Assembly (NCBI GenBank): GCA_965644265.1
Contig: OZ286463.1
Coordinates: 17,112,001 to 17,176,000, forward strand
From: Glycera tridactyla
Lineage: Eukaryota
Length of the DNA: 64,000 bases
Direction of reading: 5' to 3'
Shown: piece by piece, positions 11,901-25,999 of the stretch
Position numbering within the stretch: position 1 is the stretch's first letter
How the letters are laid out: every line of letters begins with the position of its first letter
Translations under genes and position numbers: made by a program
The notes under the pieces: model-generated
Told to the model about the DNA's origin: nothing
Database searches by the model: none
What the model saw: the letters and a program-made list of their open reading frames with translations, nothing else

Positions 11901-13108
11901 CAAGCTAGGTCCCGAGATGAAATATTCATGCTTTTTTTTGAAACCTCAATCAGGGTTGCACTTGGATGAAGTAAAACCTGAATTTAGTTTGGAGGTATAC
12001 ATTTTTGTTTTGTGAGTCAGGGTAGTAACTAGATGCAATCTGTAATCAACATCAGCAAGGCGTGTTGTGTCGAGTATATTGTTGTCTCGGACAGTACCAA
12101 GCGCATCTGGTGGCTGGTTTGGATGGGATTCGATATTTCAAATGTAACATTACTCAAGGCTCTATGCTATGTCCTGCTCTATTTTCTTCACCATGCTCCA
12201 GCCTATGATTTTATGGAGGAGGGTGGGTGGAAATGTGGAGGGGGGCAGGAGGAAATTCCAGTCCACCTGCCCAAAGAACGTGGAAAGGAAATGGTTAATG
12301 TAGAGCCCTGTTACTGCCGGCAGTTTTGTACTCATGTAGCCTGGACACTCAAATCAGATGAAAAACATTGGCGTCCAATTTTAATTTCAGCTCTTGATAC
12401 GTGAATGGAAAAGCATATAATGACTACCCATTGAATGTCCCAGTCACACTTTTTGTATTCATTCAAAGATAGATTAATAAGCAAAATGTCTAAATAAAGA
12501 GGAATGAATTTTGATGTCGCTGGTGTACCGCTGATTTGACCTCATAATGTTATCGTCCGTCTAACAGCAGCTGTTCCCCCTCAAGTCTCATAATCAATTT
12601 CATCAATAGCTATGTTACTGAGACGTGGCTCTCATATTGTGTTGATGTAAACACAGGCTGTGATTGCATCAGAAATTTGACTGATGTCATGACTAAGTAG
12701 AAAGCATACTAATGCAGTATTAATGCAGTAATTTTCATCAATCGATACTCAATGTTTTATCTATTGAATGCAGCGCAATTTGGCAACAACATTCTTTCCA
12801 TAGGATTTCAAAATCCAGAAAGAAGGTCTAGGTGGGAGAAGTTCACTATTTGTGGGATATTGTTGCCATCATGGATGACGCCACTGGGGTCACAACAAGC
12901 GTGGGCCAAACTCTGAATTGTCATTTGTGATGAATTCTTGAATAATTTATACTGCATAGTCATTTTCATGACTGTTTACTATTTCTTTGAATGAATACAA
13001 AAATCTGAATCCATACTTTTATTACACCGACTTGCAGTTATAATCACTACACAACTCTACTTTCTTGATCACATTTCTGCAGTTTTTGCTTGATAATTTT
13101 AATAATCT

Positions 13109-13275
13109 NNNNNNNNNNNNNNNNNNNNNNNNNNNNNNNNNNNNNNNNNNNNNNNNNNNNNNNNNNNNNNNNNNNNNNNNNNNNNNNNNNNNNNNNNNNN
13201 NNNNNNNNNNNNNNNNNNNNNNNNNNNNNNNNNNNNNNNNNNNNNNNNNNNNNNNNNNNNNNNNNNNNNNNNNNN
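13109..13275. other. Assembly gap (167 N)
   Basis: Run of N. Confidence 1.
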
Positions 13276-15051
13276 TACATAGTGTGCACATTTCTGCATG
13301 TTTATCGACAGGACTTTAAATATCCTCTAGCCATAATTCCCATTTTGCACCATCTTGGTACCACCGATATCCTGCACTCTCGACATAATAAACTACCTAG
13401 AATGTATCTAGTTTGCAAGCCGAAGCCAGTGTTTCCTAAATGATGGGTAAAGTAATATCAAATTTATGTGATGGTTTGACTCTTATTGTTCAACAGTTTG
13501 GTGAGAAGTTTGATTTCAGCTTTTTATTTTTGACATTTCACTTAGATAGTTATCCCCCCACTTTATCCCAAAAATTTACTACATTTATCTAGAATTATTG
13601 ATTGCATGAGCATTTAATTGGTGAAATTTTTGTTCAAAATGACAGGATTGCATGAGACATTTCTCTGGAATAAGAAATAAAAATGATGAGAGATTGGGCA
13701 GATATTTCCATCAAAAGTGAACATCAGGGTTTAACATTTCCCTATTAGCATTTTTTCTCCTTGCTTATTTGATTATAGACTTCTTTGATGGTTAATCATT
13801 GACTTTTATCCTATGAAATGTGGATCAAAATAACTATAGTGTGTCCAATGTGAGCAATTGAAAATGGACCATATACATCAGTAAGCAGCGGACAAGTATT
13901 GGCATTGAATCATATCACTCAATACATAAATATATCAGTCATTTAGGGAAGTATTTTACTTTTAGCTAGGATCAAAGCTGTCAAAAGATTTATCAGTAGG
14001 TCAAAAATATGTAGCCAAAAGCATGAAGATGAAAGTTCTTGAGTCACACCGGAAAAGGGATTATTGTGCCATACTTAAGACTTGATGATGTAGGGAGTTG
14101 TTCTAGCCAAGGGTACTCATTTCATCCTGATATACATGCACATTTATTTCTTGACAAGGCAATGTTCATGTGATGCTGTAACACATCAATTGCCCTCACA
14201 TCCAAATGAGTCCACCTGGTATGTCATAATTGAGGACTCATAATGTCGAGAAAAATGAAAATTTCAAACCAATTTATTGTAGGTGATAAATAACATTGCA
14301 AAAGCAGGTTGTCCTGAACTATATGAGATGTATCATGTCAGATTTGAGTGTGGTCATATGCAAATGTTAGTTAACCCAATTGTGAGTGAAGGATCTCCAT
14401 TAGACCTCGGCATATGTCAGTGCTCCCTTTGAAGAGGATTGTCATTCGACTTTGGCTAGGGATGTATGATGTGGCAAAATGAAAAATGTCCTTGCTGTTA
14501 TGTGACCAGAGAAAATTTGAATGATCAAGTTCGAGATCCCTTTTCATATTCCAGAATGCACATAATCGTCCTCTGTGATTTTGCTTGTTGCCTGAAAACA
14601 GGAGCCTTATTGCTTAGCAACAAACATTATCCCACCTCCATTTGCCATATTTGGAAGTGGCCATGAGCCTCAGTCTGAGATTTTGGCATCACAAGAAATG
14701 TACTCAAAAATGTTGATCACAACAAAGCAGACTTTTCTACGCCCAGTCTAAGGTCACAAAGCTCCATGAAGTGGCCCGTATACTATTAGAATTGAGATAC
14801 CACGCTAATAATAAGTGTGTGACATTTAAACTTGGATGGCTAGATTGGTGCATTGCTATTCGGTCATCATGCGTATAGTTGCAGGCTGTCAAGCGATTGG
14901 ACTGCTAAATGAAAATAACTTGATGGTTTAAATAATAAAGGAGCAATTTTTATTCTCTTTTCTTGTTCATATACTAATACATGTGTATGATACTAATATA
15001 TAGGTATACAGTACGACATTATGTTCAATGTTTGATCGATATGTTGTCGAA

Positions 15052-15150
15052 AAGAGAGATGGAGTGGGGGAGAGAGAGAGAGTCAGAGAGAGTCAAGAGA
15101 CAGACAGACAAACAGACAACAGGCAGAGAGATAGTGAGAAAGAGAGAAAG
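15052..15150. repeat. (GA)n/(GACA)n purine-rich tract upstream of the VQ exon
   Basis: gagagagagagagtcagagagagtcaagagacagacagacaaacagac. Confidence 0.85.
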
Positions 15151-15232
15151 AGAATGAGAGAACCCACTATGACCGTGCCGATTTTCGCATGTACCATGAT
15201 CACAATGAACGAGCCGATGCTGAACTTTGCAG

Positions 15233-15358
15233 GTGCAGCCTGAACTGGACGATCTAGAGCCCAATATGGAGGACAATGAAGATGCTGAAAGTGTCAAGTC
15301 AGAGGTCAAACTTGGCAAGCTCCAGTTCTCATTGGACTACGATTTTCAGAAAGGAGAG
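15233..15358 (+). CDS. Syt1: Syt1 linker/C2A-start exon: VQPELDDLEPNMEDNEDAESVKSEVKLGKLQFSLDYDFQKGE
   Basis: Acceptor tgaactttgcag, donor GAG|GTGAGT, 126 nt, phase 0-0. Missed by the ORF track on the + strand. Confidence 0.95.
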
Positions 15359-15551
15359 GTGAGTCGATCTTCCCTTACTTCATGATTTTTGCTTTACTGT
15401 GTACGAGGACAGCGCCTACTTGTGTACCGGGTCATGGTGCATGTTTTCATGCTGATTTTGCATCAAAAAATCGTGAAAATAAGGATTCCACTGGATATCT
15501 TGTACACTCCTCTGGCCGTGGTACATGATATCCGTTTATTTTACATTGTAG

Positions 15552-15719
15552 TTGACAGTTGGAGTCATCCAAGCTGCAGATCTGCCAGGAATGGACATGT
15601 CTGGAACGTCTGACCCCTACGTCAAAGTCTACCTGATGCCAGATAAGAAGAAAAAGTTTGAGACGAAAGTGCATCGCAAGACGCTGAACCCAGTCTTCAA
15701 TGAAACTTTCATGTTTAAG
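15552..15719 (+). CDS. Syt1: Syt1 C2A exon: [56 protein letters not shown]
   Basis: tag| acceptor, AAG|GTAATG donor, 168 nt, canonical C2A loop-1 aspartates. Confidence 0.98.
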
Positions 15720-16667
15720 GTAATGACATTTTATTTGCTGCAGAAGTTTTCACAATGATTGAGCTGTGGTGGACACTACAGGATTGAGTACACATGTTCT
15801 TGTCTCCCTTTGCAAAATAGATAATATTGGTCGAGTTTGACATGGAACACACCTGTAACTGTCTTGGGTGCTTTATTTGATCGTGAATGCTTTTTTAGGG
15901 TGCCAAAGTGGGAACCACTACAATTACATCCACTATATATACTTAAATCTCCACAGCTGTAGAAGCCTGTTTCCAAAATATGCCTGAGTAATAGGTGCAT
16001 TATTTTAGTAACAGCAGGTATTCCTTTTAGCATTTGCATAGTAACATACATGCGTAGTAACATACATGTACATGTATTCTCATTTCTCACCTGGGGAAAC
16101 TGCTACTTTTACCACTTCTACCTCTTCCCATTGTTGTTCTTTGGTGCCATATGTAGTATATACTCATTGCATTAATATAGAATTTTCCTGCAGATAGGGA
16201 ACCCAATATTAATAATACAATGAGTGGATACTTCATGTATGTCCCAGGAATAACAATATGGAGAGGTGGGACATAAAGCAGGTCAATTGGGATTTTTGAG
16301 AAACCATCCAGATGCTTTTTGTTTGATATTGAGGTCCATATTCATTCGAGGAAATATTATACAGGGATGTGATTCTTCAGTGGATCCACAGATTTTTTTT
16401 TTATCTCAAATGGAGCCATCCATGTATCTGACAGAAAAGATTACTGATTATTGTGGCTTTCATATTGAGAAAATCGAGCCAGAATAAGTAGAGATGGCGT
16501 ATGTATGGAGTAATAGTAGCTATCATTTAGCAGTTGTTGAGTTTCTCGGTGCTGCAAATATCGATGAAAATGCCCCTGGTCAGGTTTTCAGGGTTTTTGG
16601 TTGTTAGCTAATCGTGTCCCTGAATATACCATGGAGACATTGCAAAAGTACCGTTTCTCTTCTGCAG

Positions 16668-16844
16668 AATGTACCATATGCTGAACTGGGAACGAAAACA
16701 TTGACATTTGCAATCTACGATTTTGACCGCTTCTCCAAACACGACCAAATCGGCTTGGTGCAAGTACCAATGAACTCGGTGGATCTTGGGCGAGTTGTTG
16801 AGGAATGGCGAGATCTGACCAGTCCAGAAGCGGACAATGAAAAG
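16668..16844 (+). CDS. Syt1: Syt1 C2A exon: [59 protein letters not shown]
   Basis: tttctcttctgcag| acceptor, AAG|GTGAGT donor, 177 nt, [10 protein letters not shown] calcium-binding loop. Confidence 0.98.
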
Positions 16845-19800
16845 GTGAGTGTCATTATGGAATGAGTCAAATAACTGGCAGAGGCAAGGATAACTTTATA
16901 AATAGGACAGAAAAGGATAACATTTCAGTTCGTTTCAGGTAGTTAATATGGAGTTAAACTGGTGGCAGACAGTTCTAGCTAAATTTCAAAATAGCACTGA
17001 TCTTTCCCTTTACTGAAGGTTTAGTAAAGAATTCTAATGCTGATAACTCATGTCATTATAACTAATAACTGCATAATTGTTTGTGACCATCACCTCATGT
17101 GGTGTTGAGAAATATCCGCGTCATTGAATTCTGGGTACTGACTACCATATTCTCTCAAAAGCCAGCGTCATCATGCACCAAATTTTTCAAAAAACTTACA
17201 ACTGGAAGCAAGAGATTCCCTATTAGTCATACCAGATCAATTGAAAGATGAAGAAAAACATTTTAAAAACTTTTGGGAGCCTGGAATGATAAATCATGGT
17301 AATATTTTTGGGAATCTCTGAGAACCTACAGCAAACTTTTCGAATTCAATTTCTCAAGATCAATGCAGATGTTTGGATGGTACTTTCTTAGCTTGGTAGG
17401 CTTTGATAATGTTACGAGCTCAATCGATTAAATTCACATCTTGGAATTTCATCACAATATCATCTGCAAGTTTGTGAAGTCTGTAATATTAGGACCCTCT
17501 GTCTCGAGTGAACACTTTCCAATTCTTGCGAGTCTTACTCTTATCATTAGACATTTTACTCTCTGAATAGAACCCTAGAACATTTTTCATATCTTTCATA
17601 GTATTGTTATATTAGCATAGGTTTTTTTATCATGGTTTCCAACTCTCAGTATTTCAATATGCTCTTTAAAAGAACTGTAAATTGAATGAATCTATTTCAG
17701 GTTTTCTTTCAGGAGACAGGCCTTGTTGTCACTTCGTATTTCAGACGAGGTGCACCAGACATGGTGCTGTTGTGTGGTCCTTTATCATTGGTCATGTGCG
17801 TCACTTCTTATTGTTGATTTTCCTGCCATGGTCATGTCAGATTGCCTGGTTATTCAGTGGCATCGTCTCTGTTCTTAACATTTCTCTCTTTTCTTGTGAA
17901 AATTGGCCATGAAGTTTCTAGTATGAACTAGTGTCAATTTTGTATCTCCCAAAGATGTCTGGCAAAAACCTCCACCTTGTCAATTACACATTATACATGT
18001 GAGGAGGGACCTCCTTAGTATTACATGTATCCCAATGATAATGCAGATCTAATTCATCCATGTGTATGATGGTGCACGATGATAAAGCGGTCTACATAAA
18101 ATCACCTTCAGTCATTGCTTAAAGTTGTTGTTGTGATCAGCTGGTCTTCATATAAGAGTGGTCTCATGGATAGGTTTGATTGTATGGATCTGATGCCTTT
18201 TTAGGAAATTGTAGAAATTTATCGAATGATCACAATGATGATGGCGTGAGTGTGCATCTGAGAGTGGCCATGTATGTATGTAGATGTATGTGAATGCATG
18301 CATGGCATTATGAATCTATTAAGAAGTCATCAGTCCATCTCTTCATTTTGGTACTTCTCCAAATAATTTGCTTCTTTAGAACTTGATACAATGATACAAG
18401 GGAGGCCTGTGTTTTACATTAGTTTCCATGAACTACGCACATTTTTGAAATCACTTCATCCACATTCATGTCAAAATATATCATCTGTCCAATCTGACCA
18501 TTATCTCCATTCTTACCTATAAATAAGATTGGATAATTCATGCATAAGTAAATCTCATTTCATGATGATTCCAACCAGGAAATTTGATGGGTAAATTTAG
18601 TTAGATGGACAATAACAGGGGATGGGTTCTTGCATTTATCATATACATCTTGTAAGAATTCTGTTTCAATGCTATCAAAAGTTCTGTTTGGAGGAGAAGT
18701 CTTGAATGATCTCAACCATCACATGGACGTGATAATATAGCATTCATTCCACTGAATTAAATCTCAACTAATGATCCAAAACCAACTATCTTCACTCATC
18801 TTGGTGTGTTGGATACTCATCTACCAGGAATTTCCAGTATTTGCATGAAACAATTTGAATTGTCCCATGCTGTGTTTGACCAAATGTATATCGGCATATA
18901 ACGGCATATAATAGGTTTATCAGTGAATAGTCTGTATGGTATGAGATAGAAAATGCATTTTGAACTGGTGACAGTGCTAAGGAAGATTGTTTCCTCTGTA
19001 TACATGAATATGTATATTTTAGTCAAAAGTTCTGAATGTTCGGAAGTCTGCATATTATCGATGAATCTCGACTGATCACGATTTGTTTCCAGATACCGCA
19101 TGTCTTGTTCTCTGATACTCTTTAAAACCTTTTCTCTTCCTGCACATATCGTCTTGGCAGGCAAATATAGTTGAGGCGAATTTGCAATGATCGTATTTGT
19201 ATGCCAAGAAGCCTTTCACAATCACATCACCTTTTTTGGAATAAGGAATATTTTGATTCGTTCTGTACCAATTTTGGTACATCACTTAGATTTTTCGTCA
19301 TCTGGTGAAAATTCCAGCCTAAGAGTTGTTCCATTTCTGCATTCATCAAAATGTCATTTCTGGCTGTGATTGTTATTCTTACTCGTCCTCCAAAGGTATA
19401 GTACCTATTGCCATGTATTTCAGTTTGCCCCATCAACTGTCTGAAGTTCTCATATTTAAGCATATGCTATTGTCAGTTTTGAAAAGAGTGAATTTGCTGT
19501 GGTTAGATGTTCCAATTTTATTATTGAAATAGGACCATAACATTTTTATATAATGCTCATCACCTTCTTTACATACTGACTTGATTGTATTTTATCAATC
19601 ACAATGAACTCTCTTTCTTCACCTTCAAAATTCAGTTTATCTGAGCACACTTCTGAGTACCCAGGTTTTTGTTGATGTTTTTTGTTGCCCTTTACAGTTT
19701 CTCAGACATTTTGAGATATAGTATAAATGACACATGACTTATCAAATAACAGTAGTATTGGGGATAATGAGTGGTGAAATTTTAGCATAAAATAACAGTA

Positions 19801-22449
19801 GTATGGGGGATGATGTATGGTGAGAATTCTGGCATAGTATACCTAACACACAGTGGTTTCAATATGCATCAAAATCAGTCAAATACTCACCATCCAGGGA
19901 TTGGGTTTGTGATCTTGATACAGGACAGACATGTGCCCATCTACAATTTTGTCAACAATTTTGTTCACTGCTAAATGATTATTTTGATCCTATTTCGCAC
20001 ACATTTTGTTTGTATTGAAAAACATGTACTGCACAAGCAAGTCTTGTGCATGTCACACATTGTCATGAAACTCTAGAGGTATTTTTTGATTCCATGCCGT
20101 GATGTGTGTTTTTTCTCTCAATGGTAAGTACAATGACCACAAGATGGTGTCATGTTGCCATGACGCCACACCAACTCCCCTGTCTGCCATCTCAGTGACC
20201 TTGCAAATCTGACCCTGTCCCCCTCACACTAACCCTTGCCCTCTCCTTAACTCACTGAAGTGCTATAGTCTGTTTCAAACAGACACTGCTCAGTTTCACA
20301 CAAATAACTACCCTCCGGCTGATTGTTTCATCCATAAAGAAATTGAACTTGGAAACAAAGTGATTTCAAGAGTGAACCTATCATATACATTGTACCTTTG
20401 AAATAAATCATGCAGTTTGGAAACACTCACCTCATCATTGAGGGGATTCAGTTATTTCGGAATTTTGATGACGATGGATGAAACACACTTTTCGGAGTTG
20501 ATTATTTGTGTACTCGGAACAGTTGTCTACATGAGAGAGTGTACTTAGTAGACTGGTACAGAGTGAACCAATGTAGTAAGTGGTCCAGGCTCAATATAAT
20601 CTCTCCCAATATTCTGCTTGAACTCCGGAGGTTGTCACGCAATGAAGGGCTACATATAAATATTCTCCGCAGGGAACAAAACAAAGATGAAGACATAACA
20701 GTGACCTGACTTTTAATCTTCCTCTTATTTGTTTTTCTGATTATGTTTCTTCAGATTATATCATTTTTTGTTACGTTTTGAAGCATACCTTCATTTTGTT
20801 TTTAAATTTGCTGACATTGACTGCACACAATATATTTAAATCAATTGCTGTGCAAGGCAGCAGGATCACTGCTGAATAATCATATTGCATCCCGGTTGAC
20901 TTCCGAATTCAAGTTGAGTTTGTGGGGGGGGGGGGGGGGGGGGGGGGGCTCAAATGTACATCTGATAGGCAGATTGATTAGTAATAGAAATGTACTAACT
21001 ACACTATGGCTGGGAAGTAGTCAAACTAACAGTTGCACCACACCGCCCCTGATGTATGTTGTTTAGCAATCTGGATCTAGTCATTGATGTATAGCTCATT
21101 ATAGAGGGTATCAGTCTACAATCCATCAATATGATGCAAAACAGCTTTTCAAGTCGGATTATCTGCAATAAGTTCCTGTGGTGGACTTCTCCACACTCAT
21201 ATTTATAATCATCATGAAAAGATTGTTTCAATAGGGCGATAAATTGTATTTTTATTGAGTCCTCTTGTAATTGAATGATGTTCTGTCACAGGCGGTATAT
21301 ATAACCAAAATATGATGTTTTCATATGTACCTATGAACTACATATTTCTGTGTCAACTTCTCGCTAAGAGTTTACAATGACAAAGGTGTAGCTCTTTGGA
21401 CCTATTATTACTGCTAGTGATGATTGGCAGCAGGTAGCAAGGCAGTTGAACATAGGTGACCTAAGCATTATTGCTACAGAAGATTAGTCATTTATTGATT
21501 CCACTATCGCAAGAGAAATGAAAAACAATTCTGAAAGTAGCCTTCCTAATTCACTATACTGACTGCTATCCATGCTTGCTACAGCCACTGGTATATTTTG
21601 TATATGGTTGGTCTGCTATATCAATATCGAGCTATTGGCATTTGCTGACCAACTCAACCTGAATCATTTGGAAGGTATATTGATTTGTATCATTATTTTA
21701 TATGCATTGTATAATTCTGCAGTGAGTTGAAAAGATAGAACAAAGAAGAATTTACTTTGGAAAATGTTTCTGAGATGGGCTCAGAAAGATGAGCTGAAAC
21801 TGGGCAAGGATCATTTATTCCATAGTGGAAAATCATGGAATCACCAACCAACAGTCCGAAAGTGATGAACATGACAGATGGGTCTAGTCATTCCTGAATA
21901 ACTGAATAACTGAATATTGCATTCAATGTGTTTCAAGGTTCCAACTAATTGGAACCGCTTGATCTGATACAATTGAAGAACAATTATTGGTAGAAAATGT
22001 TAGATTTGAATTCTGAAATTAGTCCTGTAAAGCACCATGAGATATTCTGGTGATTGCTCATGCCTTGTCACTATTTAATTACTAAGCATATCATATATTC
22101 CCAGAGCATGCAGTATGAGCTTATCTATGGTGATATGTAGTCAGAAAGATTGGGTTCACCAAGATATTTCAGAATCTTCTGGAGCTAATGAAATCCCACA
22201 CTTGTAGCTTAGGTCATTTATACAAATATATCTGTCAGTATGAGATCAGTGCTATGGCAATCGCTATGTAAATCGCTTGTAGATCAATGGATGGGACACA
22301 TATATACCAGTGCATATATATATATGATGCTTGCAGGGTAATTTCCATGATACACATAGTAGCGATAGCTTTTGCTAGTATTTGCACACAGCTCTCTGCA
22401 GCAGACTGAGACCAAAACACATAGGACTCCTTCAGGGATGGAGTCATCT

Positions 22450-23100
22450 ACTAAAGTGGGGATCCTTGGAAGAAGTAGTGCCAAGGACAGACAATGTATT
22501 CACCTTTCACTGCGTAATTCTTTAGACATTGCAAGCTGATGTCACGATTCTCGAGTATACTAAGTTATTGATTGATCTTGTTGGCAAAATCATTCGCAGA
22601 AATATGGAATCGATGTCATCAGAACTCAAATCAGGGTTGGCTCATATATTCAAATGGCAAATCCAGCCTTTTGTATGGAGGAAGCCATACAGCCACTGTG
22701 AGGATGAATGACTACTGGCTCGCGTCCAACAAAAACAGACTCCACTCTGTACGAGACCACTCTGTACACCTATGTATTGATACACCAGTATTGGTGGTGG
22801 CAATGGTGAGGAAGGAAGCAATGTCACAAACCAATTATGAAGGATGATAGATCAGTTAGGCCAACCGATGATCAATTCTGACACTGTGACTGATTGCCAA
22901 CGCTTGCGATTGAATCCTGTGACTATTCCAAAGATCTTTAAATTGTGATAGGACACGATTCTATCGAGATGTTAAAGGGTCAGATATGAAAGCTTTGAAA
23001 GACTTCTTTAGATTATCTGCTAGGTGGCGATTTGTTTCTAATGCTGGTGTCCATATTCATGCTGAACTTGAGACAACTTTATGCTCAACAAGGGAATGTC
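22450..23100 (-). pseudogene. Decayed CR1-like LINE RT relic
   Basis: QHEYG, LKIFGIVTG...RWQSVTV and YQYIGV in RT order, heavily degraded. Confidence 0.33.
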
Positions 23101-24969
23101 TTCATGAAGTTTGAGTGGACAGACATTTTTCTGGATAACTTAATTCCCTCTATTGTTCATGAGATAAATGTGGATTTTTTATTCATATTTTATTAGGAAA
23201 ATGTCTTCTTCCATAGATCTCTGATTTATGTGGCAATTTTTGTGATTATTCAGGATTTATTGTTATTGGCAATATATGGAAGAAATTGTGTGGTCTTGAA
23301 GAGACCAAGATACCTATACAGGCATCTGACAGTGCCCCTAGTCTGCATGTCAATTTTACTGAATGAAACTATGTAATTCCTGTGGTCGTTCAAGTAAGAA
23401 ATGATCGAGATGCTTTATCAGGATCAGTCCCATAGGTATCATGTGTTTAGTGAAGGAAAAGATGAAAGCAATGAGAGTTGTGACATATAACCAGGTTCAT
23501 TTCAATATTTCCATAACTGGATAATGGCAACAGGATATTTGATTGCTAGCTTAATTGGAATAAGGTTTTCAAAGGCCTGACTTTGTAACTGTTGAGATGA
23601 GGACCAGTAAATCTGTCAAACATGTTTATGTGTTTGATGGGGAGAAGGTTTTAAGATGTAAGTTTCAGTAAAGATTATGATGTATATAAAAATAGCACTG
23701 TAATACTGTCAGATTGATGCCCAGCTGAGATAGTGTTTATATCTTATGTGGTCAGTGGGTATCCTAGCAAACCATTCCCATTGCCTGGAATATAAGCCTA
23801 CAACCTCGGTGCAACCTGTCCCAGCCATGAGATGAGTCAATTGTTAACTTCCCGACATGATACGGATTTAGTTGTCCCATAAATGTCAATCAGTTAGGTT
23901 CACTTATCTGTGCAAATGATGAGTAATAGCAAGTATTAGAGTCCATATGTTTACCCTAGAAGCAGTACACAAATTTAGAGTAGTTTGGTATTGTAAACCA
24001 GTCATCGCTGAATATGTAGTTGTGATATATATCTATATGTATCGATGGGTGCATGAACTTGAAACTGATGTAATGATGTACCAATGCAACCTATCAAGTG
24101 CATCGACAGATTAGCAAGTGTAGCAGGCTGTATACATTGTGTGCCAATATCGAGTCTGTTTCTGTGGCTATAACATAATTTGTAGCTTACTCTGGTGAAA
24201 TGTAAATGTACTTGCATCTTTTGAGAAAGAAAAGAAGCCTTGATCTGAGATTGCCATGTAAAATCTGTTAATGAACAAAGAATGATAATACCGGTGGCCA
24301 GGGCAGTTTTTCCTATGGAGCTTTTGTAGAGCTTGATGTGGACTAATTGGAAAATAGTTTGGAAGCTAAACAGCATCCAGAAAGCAAACACAAAACTGTC
24401 TGTACCTGTTGTCCTTGAAGTCCTGATATTCATGAGAACTCAGCAGAATGGCTATTGAAGTTCAGTGCAAGCCAATAGCACATCATCCACACAGTAGTTT
24501 TCATGTAAATACATCACGCCAAACTGATTTATGGAATATATTGAATTGTGTGTTTGTTATGGCCATGCGATTTTCATAATTGTCACACACTATAGAACAA
24601 TGTTTGAATGCCATACAGAGACTAATTGAAATTGTTCTTGAGAAGTACTTATCAGAGAGATGTTTTCGTGAGCAAAAGTGATTCAAGTTATCCAGAAAAT
24701 AATTCTGTCTCCTATGTGATAGAATACTCGAGCAATGTGTCTGGGGGTGTCTTCTCCCAGAGCTAGTCATATTAAATGACCTTCCATATTGAAATCCAGT
24801 AGTGATTACCTGATCTTGATACACACACATGAACGCACACACGCACACACACTTGTGAATGTGAAGTTATCATGAAGATACCATTTTCAAAATGAAAGGG
24901 ATATTATGTATCCAAGACTCAGTAGGGATACATTCCATGCAAAACAAAAGCCCCTTTCAAAATTAGTAT

Positions 24970-25730
24970 TCTGTATTTTTATTGCAAGGGTAATAGACAT
25001 TTGTATTTGTGCTGTTAGCCTGCTCAGTATAAAGTCTGTACACAGATAGAATTGTGATGAAAACAATTAATTGCTCATCAACATATTGTAAGAGAGCATA
25101 CTTTAGTCAAAGCCATGATGTGGAAGCTGCAGTGTAGTAATCAATTTTAGACTGAGGAACACTTCCCCAAAGCCAGCTTTCTGTATAGTGCCATTTTCAA
25201 TTAGTTCATCTGGATGAGGAAGCCATGCTGTAGATGCTGCAGTTTAGTAATCGATTTTAAACAACTGGATACTTTCCCAAAGCCATATTATGCTGCAAGG
25301 GTGACAGACATGTGTAATGGTGTTCTCACACTGCAAAAGAAAAGTCTGTATGCAGATCTTGAAATTGTAAGGGAGAAAAATGCTCATCGCGCATATTTTG
25401 TGAGAGCATATTTCAGTGAAAGCCATTAAGTAATGCTGCAGTTTAGTGATCAATTTTAAACTACTGAATACTTCGCAACTCCATATTTCATCACAAGGGT
25501 AAAAGGGACTGTATTTGTTTTGTGAACTGGCTCAATATAAAGCCTGTCCACAGATCTTTAAATTGTTATGGAAACAATCTGTTGCTCTTCACACATGTTT
25601 TGAGAGAGCCTACTTCAGTGAGAGCTGTAGTGTAGGTACTGCAGTTTAGTCATCCATTTTAGACTAATGAATACTTCCCCAAAGTCACCTTACTGGATAG
25701 TGCGATATTTTGATTAGCTCACTGGATGTG
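24970..25730. repeat. Old tandem duplication of about 200 bp, several degenerate copies
   Basis: Recurrent gctgcagtttagt.atc.attttaaac..ctg.atactt.cccaaag and gagagcata.ttcagtg motifs. Confidence 0.7.
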
Positions 25731-25896
25731 GATCTACACTGTCAATCAGTGGGTCTGCTCAGAATATATATTGAGAGCACTTTATCATTCTCGATTGAAT
25801 TGGATGGTGTGATATGAAGACCTCCAATCATTCACATGGCTCATTGATTACTCACACCTGGCAAGAACATTTTGTACATGAATTGTAATCCAATAC

Positions 25897-25909
25897 ACAC
25901 ACATGCACG

Positions 25910-25963
<54 letters not shown>
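25897..25963. repeat. (CA)n microsatellite
   Basis: Long CA run with cgca interruptions. Confidence 0.95.
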
Positions 25964-25966
<3 letters not shown>

Positions 25967-25999
25967 CTTGTTCATAAACATGAAGTTATTGAAGGTGGG

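Noticed and set aside
13022-13443. ORFs spanning the N run
   Set aside because: Artefacts of translating the assembly gap.
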